64,000 nt of DNA from a bacterium (GTDB lineage: Bacteria; UBA8248): NCBI GenBank assembly GCA_965213625.1, contig CBDBZU010000004.1:1344001-1408000 (forward strand), in the 5' to 3' direction. The position numbers and the translations under genes are program-made. The notes under the pieces were generated by a model. The model was given only the letters and a program-made list of their open reading frames with translations. It searched no databases and had not been told where the DNA came from. This document shows, piece by piece, positions 37,622 to 48,226 of the stretch; the first letter of the stretch is position 1, and each line of letters begins with the position of its first letter.

Positions 37622-39193
37622 TTACGTTTTTTCTTTCAGCAAACGACGCAGTATTTTCCCGCTGCCGGATTTCGGGATAGCGTCGATGAAGGCCACCGCG
37701 CGAATATGCTTGTAACCCGCGACATTTTCGTTCACGAATTCCATTAACGCTTCTTCGTCGATCTGGACGTCTTCTTTAGGAACCACGAAGGCAATGGGGA
37801 TTTCGCCCGCCTCGGGATCCTCGCGGGGAACGACGGCGGCGTCCGCAACGTCGGGGTGTAGGTGCAGACAGGCTTCGAGTTCGGCGGGCGCAACGGCGAA
37901 GCCCTTGTACTTGATCATCTCCTTTTTCCTGTCCACCAGATAGACGTAGCCCTGCTCGTCCACCCGGCCGATGTCGCCCGTATGGAGCCAGCCGTCACGC
38001 AGCGCCTCGGCCGTGGCCTCGGGCGCGTTCCAGTAGCCTTTCATGATGTGGGGGCCCTTGATGATCAGCTCACCCGTCTCGCCCACGGGTAATTCCTTAG
38101 TCCCCGTTTCCACGTCCACGATTTTTTGTTCCTGATCGGAGACAGGAGGCCCTACGGACTCCTCCTGAACGAGAGCCTCCACCGGAGGGTTCAGGTGCGT
38201 GAGCGGCGAGGCTTCGGTCAGCCCGTAGCCCATGAATGTGAGTACGCCCGTCTTCTCCTGCACGATGCGTCTCACTTCGGACGGCAGGGGCGCCGCCCCG
38301 CTCATGATGTACCTCAGGGAAGAAAGGTCGTAGTCGCCCAGGTTCTCATGGTGCGCGATCGCCAGGAGCGCAGGCGGTACGCCAAAGAAAAGAGTGAGCT
38401 TGTGCTCCTGCACGAGATGCAGGGCGTCGGGCACGGTGAAGCGATTCATCAGTACTTGGGTGGCGCCTGCGAGAATCAGCGAACCCATGATCAGCGCGCC
38501 GTAGATGTGATAGAGGGGCAGGAACAAGAGACCCGAATCCCGGTCCGTTATGTGATGGTTCGCCACGCACTGGTGGTAGTTCGATACCAGGTTCCTGTGG
38601 GTCAGCATCACGCCTTTCGGGAGACCCGTCGTGCCGCTCGAATAGGGCAGGGCGATTAAATCCTGGGCAAAGTCGATTTCAGGCTCTGGCAGGCTCTCCG
38701 CTGAGTGCGAGCCTATCCATTCCTCAAAGCGTGCGTCTCCTCCTTCCTCATCCGTGACGATGATGGCTTCGAGTGTCGGCAACTCTTTTCGCACTTCTCG
38801 AACCACGGCGGCGCCCTCGGCCGTCGTGATCAGAATCTTCGCGCCCGAATCGCCCAGCTGGTACGCGGCTTCTGCTTCCTTGTAGGCGGGGTTCATCGGC
38901 GTGAAGACGGCGCCTATCTTCGATGCGCCGAAAGCGGCGATTTCGAATTCGGCTGAATTCGGCAGGAAAAGGCCGACGCGGTCCCCAATCCCCACGCCTT
39001 CGGCGAGCATGGCGCGAGCGCAGGCGTTCGAGAGCACGTCGAGTTCCCGGTAACTCATTTGGATATCCCCGTCCACCAGGGCGATTGCGTCCGGGCGGCG
39101 CGTGCATGCCGTCTTGAGCAGGCCGTGAAACGCGTAATCAGGATATTCGAGAGGGGGACGGAAATAAGGAGGAAGGTTGACGCTTTCACTCAT
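37622..39193 (-). CDS. AMP-dependent acyl/aryl-CoA ligase
   Basis: YSSGTTGLPKG, GYGLTE, TGDIG, DRKKEMIKYKG, PKSGSGKILRR. Confidence 0.9.
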   Translation of the reverse strand: MSESVNLPPYFRPPLEYPDYAFHGLLKTACTRRPDAIALVDGDIQMSYRELDVLSNACARAMLAEGVGIGDRVGLFLPNSAEFEIAAFGASKIGAVFTPMNPAYKEAEAAYQLGDSGAKILITTAEGAAVVREVRKELPTLEAIIVTDEEGGDARFEEWIGSHSAESLPEPEIDFAQDLIALPYSSGTTGLPKGVMLTHRNLVSNYHQCVANHHITDRDSGLLFLPLYHIYGALIMGSLILAGATQVLMNRFTVPDALHLVQEHKLTLFFGVPPALLAIAHHENLGDYDLSSLRYIMSGAAPLPSEVRRIVQEKTGVLTFMGYGLTEASPLTHLNPPVEALVQEESVGPPVSDQEQKIVDVETGTKELPVGETGELIIKGPHIMKGYWNAPEATAEALRDGWLHTGDIGRVDEQGYVYLVDRKKEMIKYKGFAVAPAELEACLHLHPDVADAAVVPREDPEAGEIPIAFVVPKEDVQIDEEALMEFVNENVAGYKHIRAVAFIDAIPKSGSGKILRRLLKEKT

Positions 39194-39213
39194 CGGCGAT
39201 GTTCCTCCATGGG

Positions 39214-40389
39214 TTATGATCCCAGGACGTTCGCGCTGCCCTCGAGCACGGTTTTAGCTGTGAGTTCCAGGCACTTTTCCGTGTTGGGCGGCATAATGAG
39301 GCCCGCTCTCGCTTCGCGGTGATAGCGCTGGAGCGGATTATGCCGGAACAGTCCCGGGCCGCCGGCGACTTTAATCGCTTTTTCCGTGATGAAGGCCGAA
39401 GCTTCCGCGCAAACGAATTTCGCCTCGTTGATGGCGCCGTACGCCTTGTCCGCACCGTGGGCGTTGATCATCCAGCCCGCTCTCTGGAGCATGAGAATAG
39501 CGCCCTCGAGCGCAATTTTCATCTCCCCTATCTGGCGTTGTATGGCGGGATAAGAGGCGATGGGCACGTTATCGGGCATGAGCTTTCGGGTTTGCGCGTA
39601 GTTGACCACCCAGTCGAAAGCGCCTCCCCCCGCGCCGAGGTAGACGGCGGAATAGCCGAAACCGAACTTGGGAAGAACGTCGGGGCGTATCGGGTCTCCG
39701 CCCCGGCCCACCAAGTCCTCCACCGGTATCTTCACGTCGTCGTAAATCATCGAGTGGCTCATCGTTCCGCGCATGGCGAAGGAGTTCCACTCCTGATCTA
39801 TCTTGAAGCCGGGATTGTCCGAGGGCGCGATGAGCAGCCCAAGGCTTTTCGTGAGGTCTTCCTCGTCTTCAAGCTGCACCCAAAGCACGTAGTAATCCGC
39901 CTCGCCGGCCATGGAGCAGAAGTATTTTCTTCCGTTGATCCTGTAGACGTCGCCGTCCCGAATCGCCTTCGTCTCCATGCGCCACACGCCGTGAAGGCTC
40001 GAGGTGTTCTCGCTCGCATAACTCGCGATAATTTTTCCGCCACGTATGATTTCGCTGTACCTGCGCTTTTGCTCATCCGTTCCCAGGTAGGTGATGACGT
40101 GCGATATGGAGCTGTGCATGTGAAAGAGCATGGCCGTGTTCGTGCAGCCCTTGGAGAGCTCGTATAGGACCATCGAGTAGGTGGCCGTGTCCTCGTAGAG
40201 GTCCCTGCCACCCTGGTCTTTCGGAAGCGTCAGGGAGGTGAAGCCCTCCCTCGCCAGATCGTTGAAATTCTCGCGGGGAAAAATACCGTCCTGGTCGATT
40301 TTCTCGGCTCTCGGGGCCAGAATTTCCTTCGCGTAGATTTTCGCGCGTTCGAGCAAATCTTCATTTTCAGGGTTGATACGAAAATCCAC
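39214..40389 (-). CDS. Acyl-CoA dehydrogenase-superfamily flavoprotein, paralog of 36408-37583
   Basis: Shares ELSKGCTNTAM, YFCSMAGEA, YPAIQRQIGEMKIA and MPPxTEKCL with the paralog. Confidence 0.85.
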   Translation of the reverse strand: MDFRINPENEDLLERAKIYAKEILAPRAEKIDQDGIFPRENFNDLAREGFTSLTLPKDQGGRDLYEDTATYSMVLYELSKGCTNTAMLFHMHSSISHVITYLGTDEQKRRYSEIIRGGKIIASYASENTSSLHGVWRMETKAIRDGDVYRINGRKYFCSMAGEADYYVLWVQLEDEEDLTKSLGLLIAPSDNPGFKIDQEWNSFAMRGTMSHSMIYDDVKIPVEDLVGRGGDPIRPDVLPKFGFGYSAVYLGAGGGAFDWVVNYAQTRKLMPDNVPIASYPAIQRQIGEMKIALEGAILMLQRAGWMINAHGADKAYGAINEAKFVCAEASAFITEKAIKVAGGPGLFRHNPLQRYHREARAGLIMPPNTEKCLELTAKTVLEGSANVLGS

Positions 40390-40421
40390 CTGCTTCTTCC
40401 TTACCGTTCACGAAATGGAAT

Positions 40422-41579
40422 CTATGCGCCGCCGATGTTCCAGCCCCGTCCTTCGTCGCCGTAGCCAACCGAGCCGTCTTCGGTGACGACCACGGTGTCC
40501 TCGAGTTTCACGAAGCCGACTTCGGGGTTTTTAATGTCGGTTTCGATGGACACCACCATCCCGGGTTCGAGTCCCCTGGTTTCGTAGGTGGCGGGGTAGG
40601 GCACGACGCCAGAGGAGGTGAGGTGCGGCGCTTCGTGCTGGATGATGCCCATGCCGTGCGCGAGGAAGACCATCTGATCGTCGTGTTCGCATCTGGCCTG
40701 CTCTTTGAGGGCGGCATCATAGATTTCCTGTCCAGTGACGCCCGGACGTACAACCGCGCGTGCGGCCGTTTGCACGGCTTGGATTTCACCGAGCAAATCC
40801 TCCATGAGCTGCGTGGGTTCGCCCAAAACGGCCATGCGGCAAAGATCGCCCAGGTATCCCTGCTTGTTCCCGCCCGAATCGAGCGAGAGGATGTTTCCTT
40901 CATCCCAAGTGGCGTTCGAGGGAGCGCGGTTAAAGCTCGGCCCCGTGCAGGTCAGGCAATACTCGAAGTCGAGTCCCCTTTGGGTCTCGAGTTTCTTCAT
41001 CTCGTCCGCCACCTCGTACATGGTGGTGCCCGGAGGCGTGCTCTTCATGACGTCGAGCATGCACTCGACGATGGTTTCCGAAGCCTCCTTGAGCAAGGTG
41101 AGTTCGTGGGGCTGCTTCACGGCCCGGAGCTCCTCGAGCAGGTAGACGGCGTCGATGAATTTCGCGTCGGGCAATTCCTCCTGAAGCGCCTCGTATGAGT
41201 CCGCCGGAAGGAAGCATTTCTCAACCGCCACGGTGCCTTTCTCGTGGCCGAGCCTGCGGATGAAATCGGCCGCGTCCTTGCCTGCCTGATCGGTGTGCCA
41301 CTGGTTGTTTCTCTTCTCGGGCACCCACAGGGGTTCGACTTCCTGCTGCCAGCCCTCCATGATGTTTCCGATGTAGAATGCTTTGTCGGGTGCGCCCTTC
41401 GGGAGGCCCACAATCGGCTGGTAGCGGCTTACGCCTATGGCGTCCTTGTGGGCGAAGAAAAAGAATTGATAGCCGCCGAGCAGGTACCGGACGTTTTCCT
41501 TTGAAGTGGCGAGAACGACGTCCGCTCCCTGATCATCCATCAAAGCGCTGAGCTTGTTGTCATCAAAGGGCAGGTTCAT
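40422..41579 (-). CDS. M24 (Xaa-Pro peptidase/creatinase-like) family protein
   Basis: LRAVKQPHE, GYLGDLCR, HGMG, LEPGMVVSIE, KLEDTVVVT. Confidence 0.8.
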   Translation of the reverse strand: MNLPFDDNKLSALMDDQGADVVLATSKENVRYLLGGYQFFFFAHKDAIGVSRYQPIVGLPKGAPDKAFYIGNIMEGWQQEVEPLWVPEKRNNQWHTDQAGKDAADFIRRLGHEKGTVAVEKCFLPADSYEALQEELPDAKFIDAVYLLEELRAVKQPHELTLLKEASETIVECMLDVMKSTPPGTTMYEVADEMKKLETQRGLDFEYCLTCTGPSFNRAPSNATWDEGNILSLDSGGNKQGYLGDLCRMAVLGEPTQLMEDLLGEIQAVQTAARAVVRPGVTGQEIYDAALKEQARCEHDDQMVFLAHGMGIIQHEAPHLTSSGVVPYPATYETRGLEPGMVVSIETDIKNPEVGFVKLEDTVVVTEDGSVGYGDEGRGWNIGGA

Positions 41580-41851
41580 GGCGGTTTCCTCTCCAATATG
41601 TGATATCCCGGATTCGGTTTTCTGAATTTATGTCGAGAACGTGTCGCTACTCATCTCCCCGAATTCAATGAGACGGCGGGGAATGCGCTGTCTCGACGAA
41701 TGCTCGAACAATGATTCATGAACAAAAAAAGGGTGTCATGCAGGGGGGAAAATTGCAAGCGAAGGGTTTTGAAAATAGAGGCGTTTCGGCTGGGTGAGCA
41801 AGAAAGAGACAGACTTGGAGAAGCTGGTATTTATTGCTCACTTATTTGGGC

Positions 41852-42601
41852 TCAACCACCCATGGCGATGCCGCCGTTCACATCCAGGCAGATGCCCGTG
41901 ATGTATTCCGCTTCGTCCGAGGCCAGGAATAGCGCGGCGTTGGCTACATCGAAAGGCCTGCCCACGCGGCCGAGCGGAACCTGTTTGACTATCTCTTCTT
42001 GTCGGGCGGGGAGCCATTCGTCTGTGAGCGGCGTGGCCGTGGGGCCGGGCGCGATGGCGTTCACGGTGATACCGTACGGCCCAAGCGTCTTGGCGAGCGA
42101 GCGCGTGAGGCCGATGACGCCGGCTTTCGCCGATGTGTAGGGGATTCCGCCCGCGAAGCCGCCCGAACGCCATGCGGATGATGAGAGATTAACGATGCGG
42201 CCATAGCGCCTCTCCATCATGTGCTCCGAGACGGCTCGGGCGCAGAGGTATTCTCCCTTCAGGTTCACGTCGATCACCGCGTCCCAGTCATCTTCGGTGT
42301 ATTCGAGATATCCCTTCTTGGGAGAGATGCCCGCGTTGTTGATGAGAATGTCGATTCGCCCAAATGCTTTCAGGCAGGACTCGGCCATCTCCCCCACGGC
42401 GGCGGAATTCGAAACGTCGGCCTCATGCCCGAGAATGCCGGGTGCGCGCACGGATAGCTCGTCCGAGAGAACCCGGACGGCACGGGCGTTTTTGTCGCAG
42501 ATGAGTAAAGACGCGCCCTCAGCCGCGAAACGCCTGGCGATGGCCTCGCCCAGACCGCTGCCCGCTCCCGTGATGATGGCCGCCTTGTCCTTGAGCCGCA
42601 T
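41852..42601 (-). CDS. Short-chain dehydrogenase/reductase (FabG-like)
   Basis: TGAGSGLG, NNAG, YTSAK; start re-called to 42601. Confidence 0.9.
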   Translation of the reverse strand: MRLKDKAAIITGAGSGLGEAIARRFAAEGASLLICDKNARAVRVLSDELSVRAPGILGHEADVSNSAAVGEMAESCLKAFGRIDILINNAGISPKKGYLEYTEDDWDAVIDVNLKGEYLCARAVSEHMMERRYGRIVNLSSSAWRSGGFAGGIPYTSAKAGVIGLTRSLAKTLGPYGITVNAIAPGPTATPLTDEWLPARQEEIVKQVPLGRVGRPFDVANAALFLASDEAEYITGICLDVNGGIAMGG

Positions 42602-42614
42602 GCGGGTCTCCCGT

Positions 42615-43391
42615 TTAGAATTGAACGAAGCCGCCGTCCACGTTGATGGCCTGGCCAGTAATGCCGCCTGAGTCCTCACACGCCAGAAGAAGCGCAAGCG
42701 GAGCGCATTCTTCTGAATCGATGAAGCGCTTCATCGGCACCCTGTTCCTGAGCTCCTCCGACTGTTCCTCGAAAGTTTTGCCCGTTTCGTCGGCCCATTT
42801 CTGGATACTTTCCTCGAACATGCCGGTAGAGACGAAGGTGGGGCAGATGCAGTTCGCGGTGATGCCGAACGGGGCGACCTCGGCCGAAAGCGCCTTGGTG
42901 AGACCCAGAACGGCGTGTTTCGACGCCGCATAGGCGCTCCTGTAAGCCAGGCCGATTTTCCCCGAAACCGAGGCGACGTTAATGATTTTTCCGGATTTGC
43001 GCTCAAGCATCGAGGGCAGAACCTCGCGGATCGCCGTGAACGGCGCCTTCGCGTTGATTTGCATGGTGCGCTCCCACACCTCGTCGGGAAGCTCATGGAC
43101 CGCCTCGAAGCTCACGATGCCCGCGTTGTTCACGAGAATGTCGATGGGCCCGAGCGCGTCGACCGTTTTGCGCAGCGAATCGAGAATGTCCTCGTCCTTC
43201 ATGACATCGCAAGGACAGACGAGCGCCTTTCGCCCCATGGCCTCTATCTCCCCGGCGAGCGCTTCGAGTTTGTCCACGGAGCGGGCGGCCAGGGCGAGGT
43301 TCGCGCCCTCGCTGGCGTAAATGCGCGCAATGGCGCCGCCGATGCCGCCGGATGCGCCCGTGATGAATGCGACTTTGCCTTCGAGTTTCAT
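42615..43391 (-). CDS. Short-chain dehydrogenase/reductase
   Basis: TGASGGIG, NNAG, YAASK. Confidence 0.9.
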   Translation of the reverse strand: MKLEGKVAFITGASGGIGGAIARIYASEGANLALAARSVDKLEALAGEIEAMGRKALVCPCDVMKDEDILDSLRKTVDALGPIDILVNNAGIVSFEAVHELPDEVWERTMQINAKAPFTAIREVLPSMLERKSGKIINVASVSGKIGLAYRSAYAASKHAVLGLTKALSAEVAPFGITANCICPTFVSTGMFEESIQKWADETGKTFEEQSEELRNRVPMKRFIDSEECAPLALLLACEDSGGITGQAINVDGGFVQF

Positions 43392-43458
43392 GTCTTCTCC
43401 TTATCAGGGTAATCATTCCCCGGAATTCATGTGTACTTCGATGAAATGGCGTTTTTCC

Positions 43459-44721
43459 TCAGCAAACTTCACGGACAATGGCCTCGAATTCCTCGTTTCC
43501 CAGTTGCCGCTTGCGCCAGCGGATTTCGGTGCGGACCCTCTCGACCACGTCTTTTTCCTTTTCCTGAGGGAGGTCGAGACCCAACTCCCGCGCCTTGGTG
43601 CGTATGGCCCAGTTGCCCGAATAATGGCCCAGGAGATTGTGCATGCCGTTACCGAACATCTCGGGCTTCATGCACGAATACGCCCAGAAGCCCTCCTCCG
43701 TATCGGGCACGCAATAATGCACTTCGACCAAATGCGAGAACGCCGTTTTGCCGACGAAGGGCATGGTATCCGTCATGGGCCACTTCATGATGTCTGAGAC
43801 GAGTCTCGAGAGTTCATACATTTTATCGAGTTTAATCCCGCAGTCGATGCCGTAATAAATCTGAATCACGGCGGCGACTTCCGCCAGGGGCGCAATGTGA
43901 GCGCGCTCGCCCAGCCCGTTTACGCAGGCGTCTATGAGGTCTGCTCCGCCTTCTAGTCCCGCATACAAAGCGGCGCATGCCATGCCGATGTCGTTGTGGG
44001 TGTGGAGGCCGATTTGCGTGCCGGGCAGCAGGCGCTTCATCTCGCGAACGACGTAAGTATATACCGGCGTGATCGCCATGCCGTTGATGTCGTCGAGCTT
44101 AATCATGTCCGCGCCTGAATCCACGAGTTTGCCGCATACTTCGGCGAGTCGTTCGATGGGTATTCGCGTGCAGTCCTGGATCAGGCAGCCCACTTTCCTG
44201 TCGGGGCCTGATTTCTCCCGGGCGTAGGCCACGGAGCCGCAGGCGCGCTCGATGGCCTGCTCAATGGTGATATTCGGGTCTCCGGCCATCGATTCGAACA
44301 GGCACATCTGGTTCGGCGAGAAGGAAAAGCAAAGGGTCGTGTAATCCGCGCCGTGCTCCACGTTCATGTCGACTTCCACCTTGGCGAGTTCGGGATTCAG
44401 CACCGCAGTGGGATGCACGAGAGCTTCCACGATGAGGTCCGGATGCCGCTTTTTCACTTCCTCGATTTCCAAAGGGTCATCATGGTGCATCTGCACCATG
44501 CTCACGCCGGCGTCGACGAGCGCATCGGCGATGCGGATTACCTCATCCCGCCTCAAAGACACGCCGGGCAGCTGCCTGCCTTCCCTCAGGGTGATGTCGC
44601 AAAGCTGGAAATTCTCCGGCAGCGTCATCTGCGAGCGGATTTCGTCTGAGAAACAATGCTGCGATATCCGCCAATTATCGGTGGTGGGCTCCAAGTTGCT
44701 GTTTACGGGGTAGCCTGGCAT
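43459..44721 (-). CDS. DRE-TIM metallolyase, homocitrate/isopropylmalate synthase-like
   Basis: DITLREGRQ, HTHNDIG, NGLGERA. Confidence 0.8.
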   Translation of the reverse strand: MPGYPVNSNLEPTTDNWRISQHCFSDEIRSQMTLPENFQLCDITLREGRQLPGVSLRRDEVIRIADALVDAGVSMVQMHHDDPLEIEEVKKRHPDLIVEALVHPTAVLNPELAKVEVDMNVEHGADYTTLCFSFSPNQMCLFESMAGDPNITIEQAIERACGSVAYAREKSGPDRKVGCLIQDCTRIPIERLAEVCGKLVDSGADMIKLDDINGMAITPVYTYVVREMKRLLPGTQIGLHTHNDIGMACAALYAGLEGGADLIDACVNGLGERAHIAPLAEVAAVIQIYYGIDCGIKLDKMYELSRLVSDIMKWPMTDTMPFVGKTAFSHLVEVHYCVPDTEEGFWAYSCMKPEMFGNGMHNLLGHYSGNWAIRTKARELGLDLPQEKEKDVVERVRTEIRWRKRQLGNEEFEAIVREVC

Positions 44722-44843
44722 TACAACCTCCTTTTATGGAATTTCATCGCCTATTTCGGGATCGGCGAAAACGAGAACCTCAAAACAATCTCGGCTTTAC
44801 GCATACTGGTATGACATACCAATGAATGGTTTTATCCAGTTCC

Positions 44844-45935
44844 TCAGGGATCGGGCAGAATCACCGGCTCCACATCCTTGAGAAGCGGCAAAACCTCGCG
44901 ACCGAAAATCTGCACTTCTTCCAGGTAAGGCCAGCCGTGCATGATGAAATGCGTTACGCCGGCGTTAACGTATTCACGGAATTGGTCCGCCACCATCTGC
45001 GGTGTGCCCACGAACGTGGTGGCCCCGCCGGCTCTCACCTTGTTCACGCCCATCCAGATGGTGTCGGTGAGCCAGAGGGATTCTCTCGAGGCCATCTCGT
45101 TGATGCGCGACTGGCTCGTGGATTCACTCAGTCGAACGGAATCAGCCCAGGTAGCGGTATTGCCGATGTCGCTGTCATCCAGCCAGCGCTCCACCGTGCG
45201 CCTTGCTTCTTGTTTTGTCTCCCGTACGCAGACGCAGTGGCGAACTCCGAATTCGAGGGGGGCTTCGCGCTCGAACTCTTTTTCCAGTTTTTTGACCTCT
45301 TTGATTTCCTTCTCCACGGTTTCGGGTTCATAGGCGAAGAAGACGTGAACGTCACCGAAGCGCGCGGCGGTGCGTTTTCCTCCGGGAGAACTACCCGCCA
45401 AAAAGATGGTCGGATGGGGGTCCGAATAGCGTTTCGGCCAGACGTGTGCGTCTTCTACGTGGAAAAAGCGGCCTTCATAGTCGACAGGCCCTTCTTCCGC
45501 CCAAAGTTGGTGCACAAGGTCCAGAAATTCCTCGGTCACCTCGTATCTTTCGTCATGAGGGGCGTGGTAGCCGTAACGTCTGAGGTCTGCGGAGTTCGCG
45601 CCCGAGACGACGTTCAAGGATAAGCGGCCTTTCGTGAAGTAATCGAGCGTATTCGCCTGCTGGGCGGCATAGACCGGACCCACCAGACCGGGGCGGAAGG
45701 CAACCAGAAATTTGATTTTCTTCGTTTGGGTCGCCAGGGCGGACGCCGTTTGCCAGGCATCCAGGCAATGCGTACCCGTAGGCACCAGAATGTTGACGCA
45801 ACCGGCGTCTTCGGCCGCTTGGGTGACCCGGGCCAGATAATCCAGCTCCGCGGGACGCTCGGGGACGACGGGATTGATTTGGTGGCCATCGCCCGCGTTG
45901 AAAGAACACAAAGCCCAATGAAATTGAACGGCCAA
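44844..45935 (-). CDS. Luciferase-like (SsuD-type) flavin-dependent monooxygenase
   Basis: FLVAFRPG, GRLSLNVVSG, HDERY, AGSSPGG; probable TTG start 45935 after GGAG. Confidence 0.85.
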   Translation of the reverse strand: MAVQFHWALCSFNAGDGHQINPVVPERPAELDYLARVTQAAEDAGCVNILVPTGTHCLDAWQTASALATQTKKIKFLVAFRPGLVGPVYAAQQANTLDYFTKGRLSLNVVSGANSADLRRYGYHAPHDERYEVTEEFLDLVHQLWAEEGPVDYEGRFFHVEDAHVWPKRYSDPHPTIFLAGSSPGGKRTAARFGDVHVFFAYEPETVEKEIKEVKKLEKEFEREAPLEFGVRHCVCVRETKQEARRTVERWLDDSDIGNTATWADSVRLSESTSQSRINEMASRESLWLTDTIWMGVNKVRAGGATTFVGTPQMVADQFREYVNAGVTHFIMHGWPYLEEVQIFGREVLPLLKDVEPVILPDP

Positions 45936-46021
45936 GTCGTCTCCAGCATGGTGAATGCGCGCCGGATTTTTCAAAAGCCTATAATTGGAAGGCTCGGTTT
46001 TAAGAGCGAATCCGGCGTTAT

Positions 46022-46060
46022 GTTTTATATAATGAAACTATGTTGCATAATTTGGTTTCA
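46022..46060. promoter_or_regulatory. Putative IclR operator palindromes in the divergent promoter
   Basis: GTTTTAT-ATA-ATGAAAC (46022-46038) and TGAAAC-N16-GTTTCA (46033-46060) in an AT-rich gap. Confidence 0.45.
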
Positions 46061-46174
46061 AGGAAGATAATGGATTTGAAAACAGAAGTCAACGGATTTC
46101 GAATCGCTTGTAATGAATGCAGTTACTGAGCAATTGCGAAGTATTGAATTAGTGGATTGCGCGGGAGTTTGGGG

Positions 46175-46942
46175 ATGAATCGATCGCTCATGAAAACAGC
46201 GCAGATATTCGACACCCTTATGGCGGAGAACAAACCGGTTGGCGTAAATGAATTCGCGCGCAAGCTCGATATGCCCAAAAGCACGGTTTCACGCTTTCTC
46301 TCCACCATGGAAGTCCTGGGTTTCGTGCGAAGAGAACCGGGAAGCGGGAAATTTCGCCTGGGCCTGAAACTCTTCGAGTTGGGTTGCAGGGCCATCGAGG
46401 ACATGGATTTAAGAGAAATCGCGATTCCGCACATGGCGAAACTGAGAGACGCTATCAACGAGAATGTTCTTTTGACGGTGTTGGAGGGTGATCGGATCAC
46501 TTATCTGGAGAAGTTGGAGAGTACGCAAGCGGTGGTCACCCAAATGAACGTAGGGGCGACGGCTCCCGCGCATTGCGTCTCAAGTGGCAAGGCGATGCTT
46601 GCGCATCATCCAGAACTGGCGGAACGCGTTCTGGCATCAGAATTAACGAGGTATTCGCCTCACACGATTGTCAATCCCCAAAGCATGCGTGAAGAACTCG
46701 AAGCGATTCGAGCAAGCGGATTTGCGCTCAACAAGGGGGAATTCAGAGAAGACGTGTGCGGCGTGGCCGCCCCGATATTCGATGCAAGGAGTCTGGCGGT
46801 AGGCGCCATCAGCACGGCCACCCCAGCTTCTCGTATGAGTGAAGCGAGGTGGGAGGAACACATCGAAGCCGTTTTGGAAGTGTCGCGCGCTATATCGAAG
46901 GTGCTCGGTGCTTCCGTGAATCAGTCATCAACGGCTCGTTAA
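46175..46942 (+). CDS. IclR family transcriptional regulator
   Basis: HTH LDMPKSTVSRFL, FRLGLKLFELG, SSGKAMLA, GVAAPIFD. Confidence 0.9.
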   Translation: MNRSLMKTAQIFDTLMAENKPVGVNEFARKLDMPKSTVSRFLSTMEVLGFVRREPGSGKFRLGLKLFELGCRAIEDMDLREIAIPHMAKLRDAINENVLLTVLEGDRITYLEKLESTQAVVTQMNVGATAPAHCVSSGKAMLAHHPELAERVLASELTRYSPHTIVNPQSMREELEAIRASGFALNKGEFREDVCGVAAPIFDARSLAVGAISTATPASRMSEARWEEHIEAVLEVSRAISKVLGASVNQSSTAR

Positions 46943-46959
46943 TTCCCCCCTGGGTGGAT

Positions 46960-48165
46960 TTACCATCGTTTGGGATGATCGTCCGGAATGGGGCCGCTCA
47001 GGGCGCCGCGGCCCTTTTTTTGTCTGATGTAGACGGTCTTGTTGTGATCGTCGGGAATTTCTCCGTTTAGCGCTTTTTTCAGCCAATCCACGGCCCATGG
47101 GTTCAGGTCCAGGTTGCCGAGTCCCTGCATTCCCCACACCCTGTGGAACTCGTTTTCAAGCACCCACAATTCCTTGGGCGCCGTGATCTCGTCGAAAAAG
47201 CGGAGAGCATCTTCCAAATGGCTCAGCGGGTCGAATTCCCCGGTGGCCAATAGCGTCGGGCAGGTGATTTTCTCCCCGCAGCCCTTGAGCGTCATCTTCG
47301 AAGCCATCTCATCGAAGGCGTCTTCGTCCGTGTATCCGGCCATGTACATGAAGATTTGCTTGAAGCGCGGGGAGGCTTCACCGAATATCACGTGCTTGTC
47401 CGAAAAAGTGGCGCTGCCTCCTGCGCAAGCCTTGATCCTCTCGTCAATCGCTGCGGCGAGCGGCGCCCAGTAAGAACCCATGCTGATGCCGAAGACGCCG
47501 ATTTTTTCCGGGTCGATTTCCTCGCGGGTGACCAGATAATCGACAACCGCCGAAACGGCGCGCTCATAATTGTTCTCGGTCACGCGGATTTTACGCATGT
47601 TGGATATCCCTTGTCCGGGGCCGTCGATGGCGCAGGCGTGCATGCCCCGCCGAATCATGTCGTTCTGCAGTATGTAGGGATAAAACTCTTTTGTCTGGTC
47701 CATGCCTGGAATGTAGATGATGCAGGGGGCTTTTCTCCCCTCCGGCAGTAGGTGGAGAATGATTTGAATCTCCTGGCCCTCGAAGGGGACTTCGACGCGC
47801 TCCACCGGGTAATCGGCCAAAGCCATGGCGCGGTCATAGCAGCGTATCAACCCGGCGTGGAGCTTGAGCTTCTGCGGGTGGTCGTCTTCAAAGATGACGT
47901 GTTGTCCTTTGCGGTATGATTCCGACGCCTGGATGTAGAGTTCGAGCGCCGTTTCCCGCATGCCTGCTTCTTCCGCCGCCCGGGCGATTTCTTCTTTGTG
48001 CTCTGCATCCTCGCCCTGGAGCTTGCTGATCATCTTGTAGTTCTTCACACCCTTGGGAAGCTCGAACTTGTCGTCTTCAAAGTTCTGGACCATACCGGCC
48101 GTCTTGGCGATGTAATCGAGAATCCACTGCTGGTTGTCACGGTGCCGAACGTGTTTCAATGACAT
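46960..48165 (-). CDS. Alpha/beta hydrolase, 2,6-dihydroxypseudooxynicotine hydrolase-like
   Basis: PGMDQTKE, DGPGQG, nucleophile motif GISMG. Confidence 0.75.
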   Translation of the reverse strand: MSLKHVRHRDNQQWILDYIAKTAGMVQNFEDDKFELPKGVKNYKMISKLQGEDAEHKEEIARAAEEAGMRETALELYIQASESYRKGQHVIFEDDHPQKLKLHAGLIRCYDRAMALADYPVERVEVPFEGQEIQIILHLLPEGRKAPCIIYIPGMDQTKEFYPYILQNDMIRRGMHACAIDGPGQGISNMRKIRVTENNYERAVSAVVDYLVTREEIDPEKIGVFGISMGSYWAPLAAAIDERIKACAGGSATFSDKHVIFGEASPRFKQIFMYMAGYTDEDAFDEMASKMTLKGCGEKITCPTLLATGEFDPLSHLEDALRFFDEITAPKELWVLENEFHRVWGMQGLGNLDLNPWAVDWLKKALNGEIPDDHNKTVYIRQKKGRGALSGPIPDDHPKRW

Positions 48166-48226
48166 ATGATTATCCTCGCTTGTTCAGGTTGTATGATTTC
48201 CTATGTTTATCGGGATATCCAGAAGC

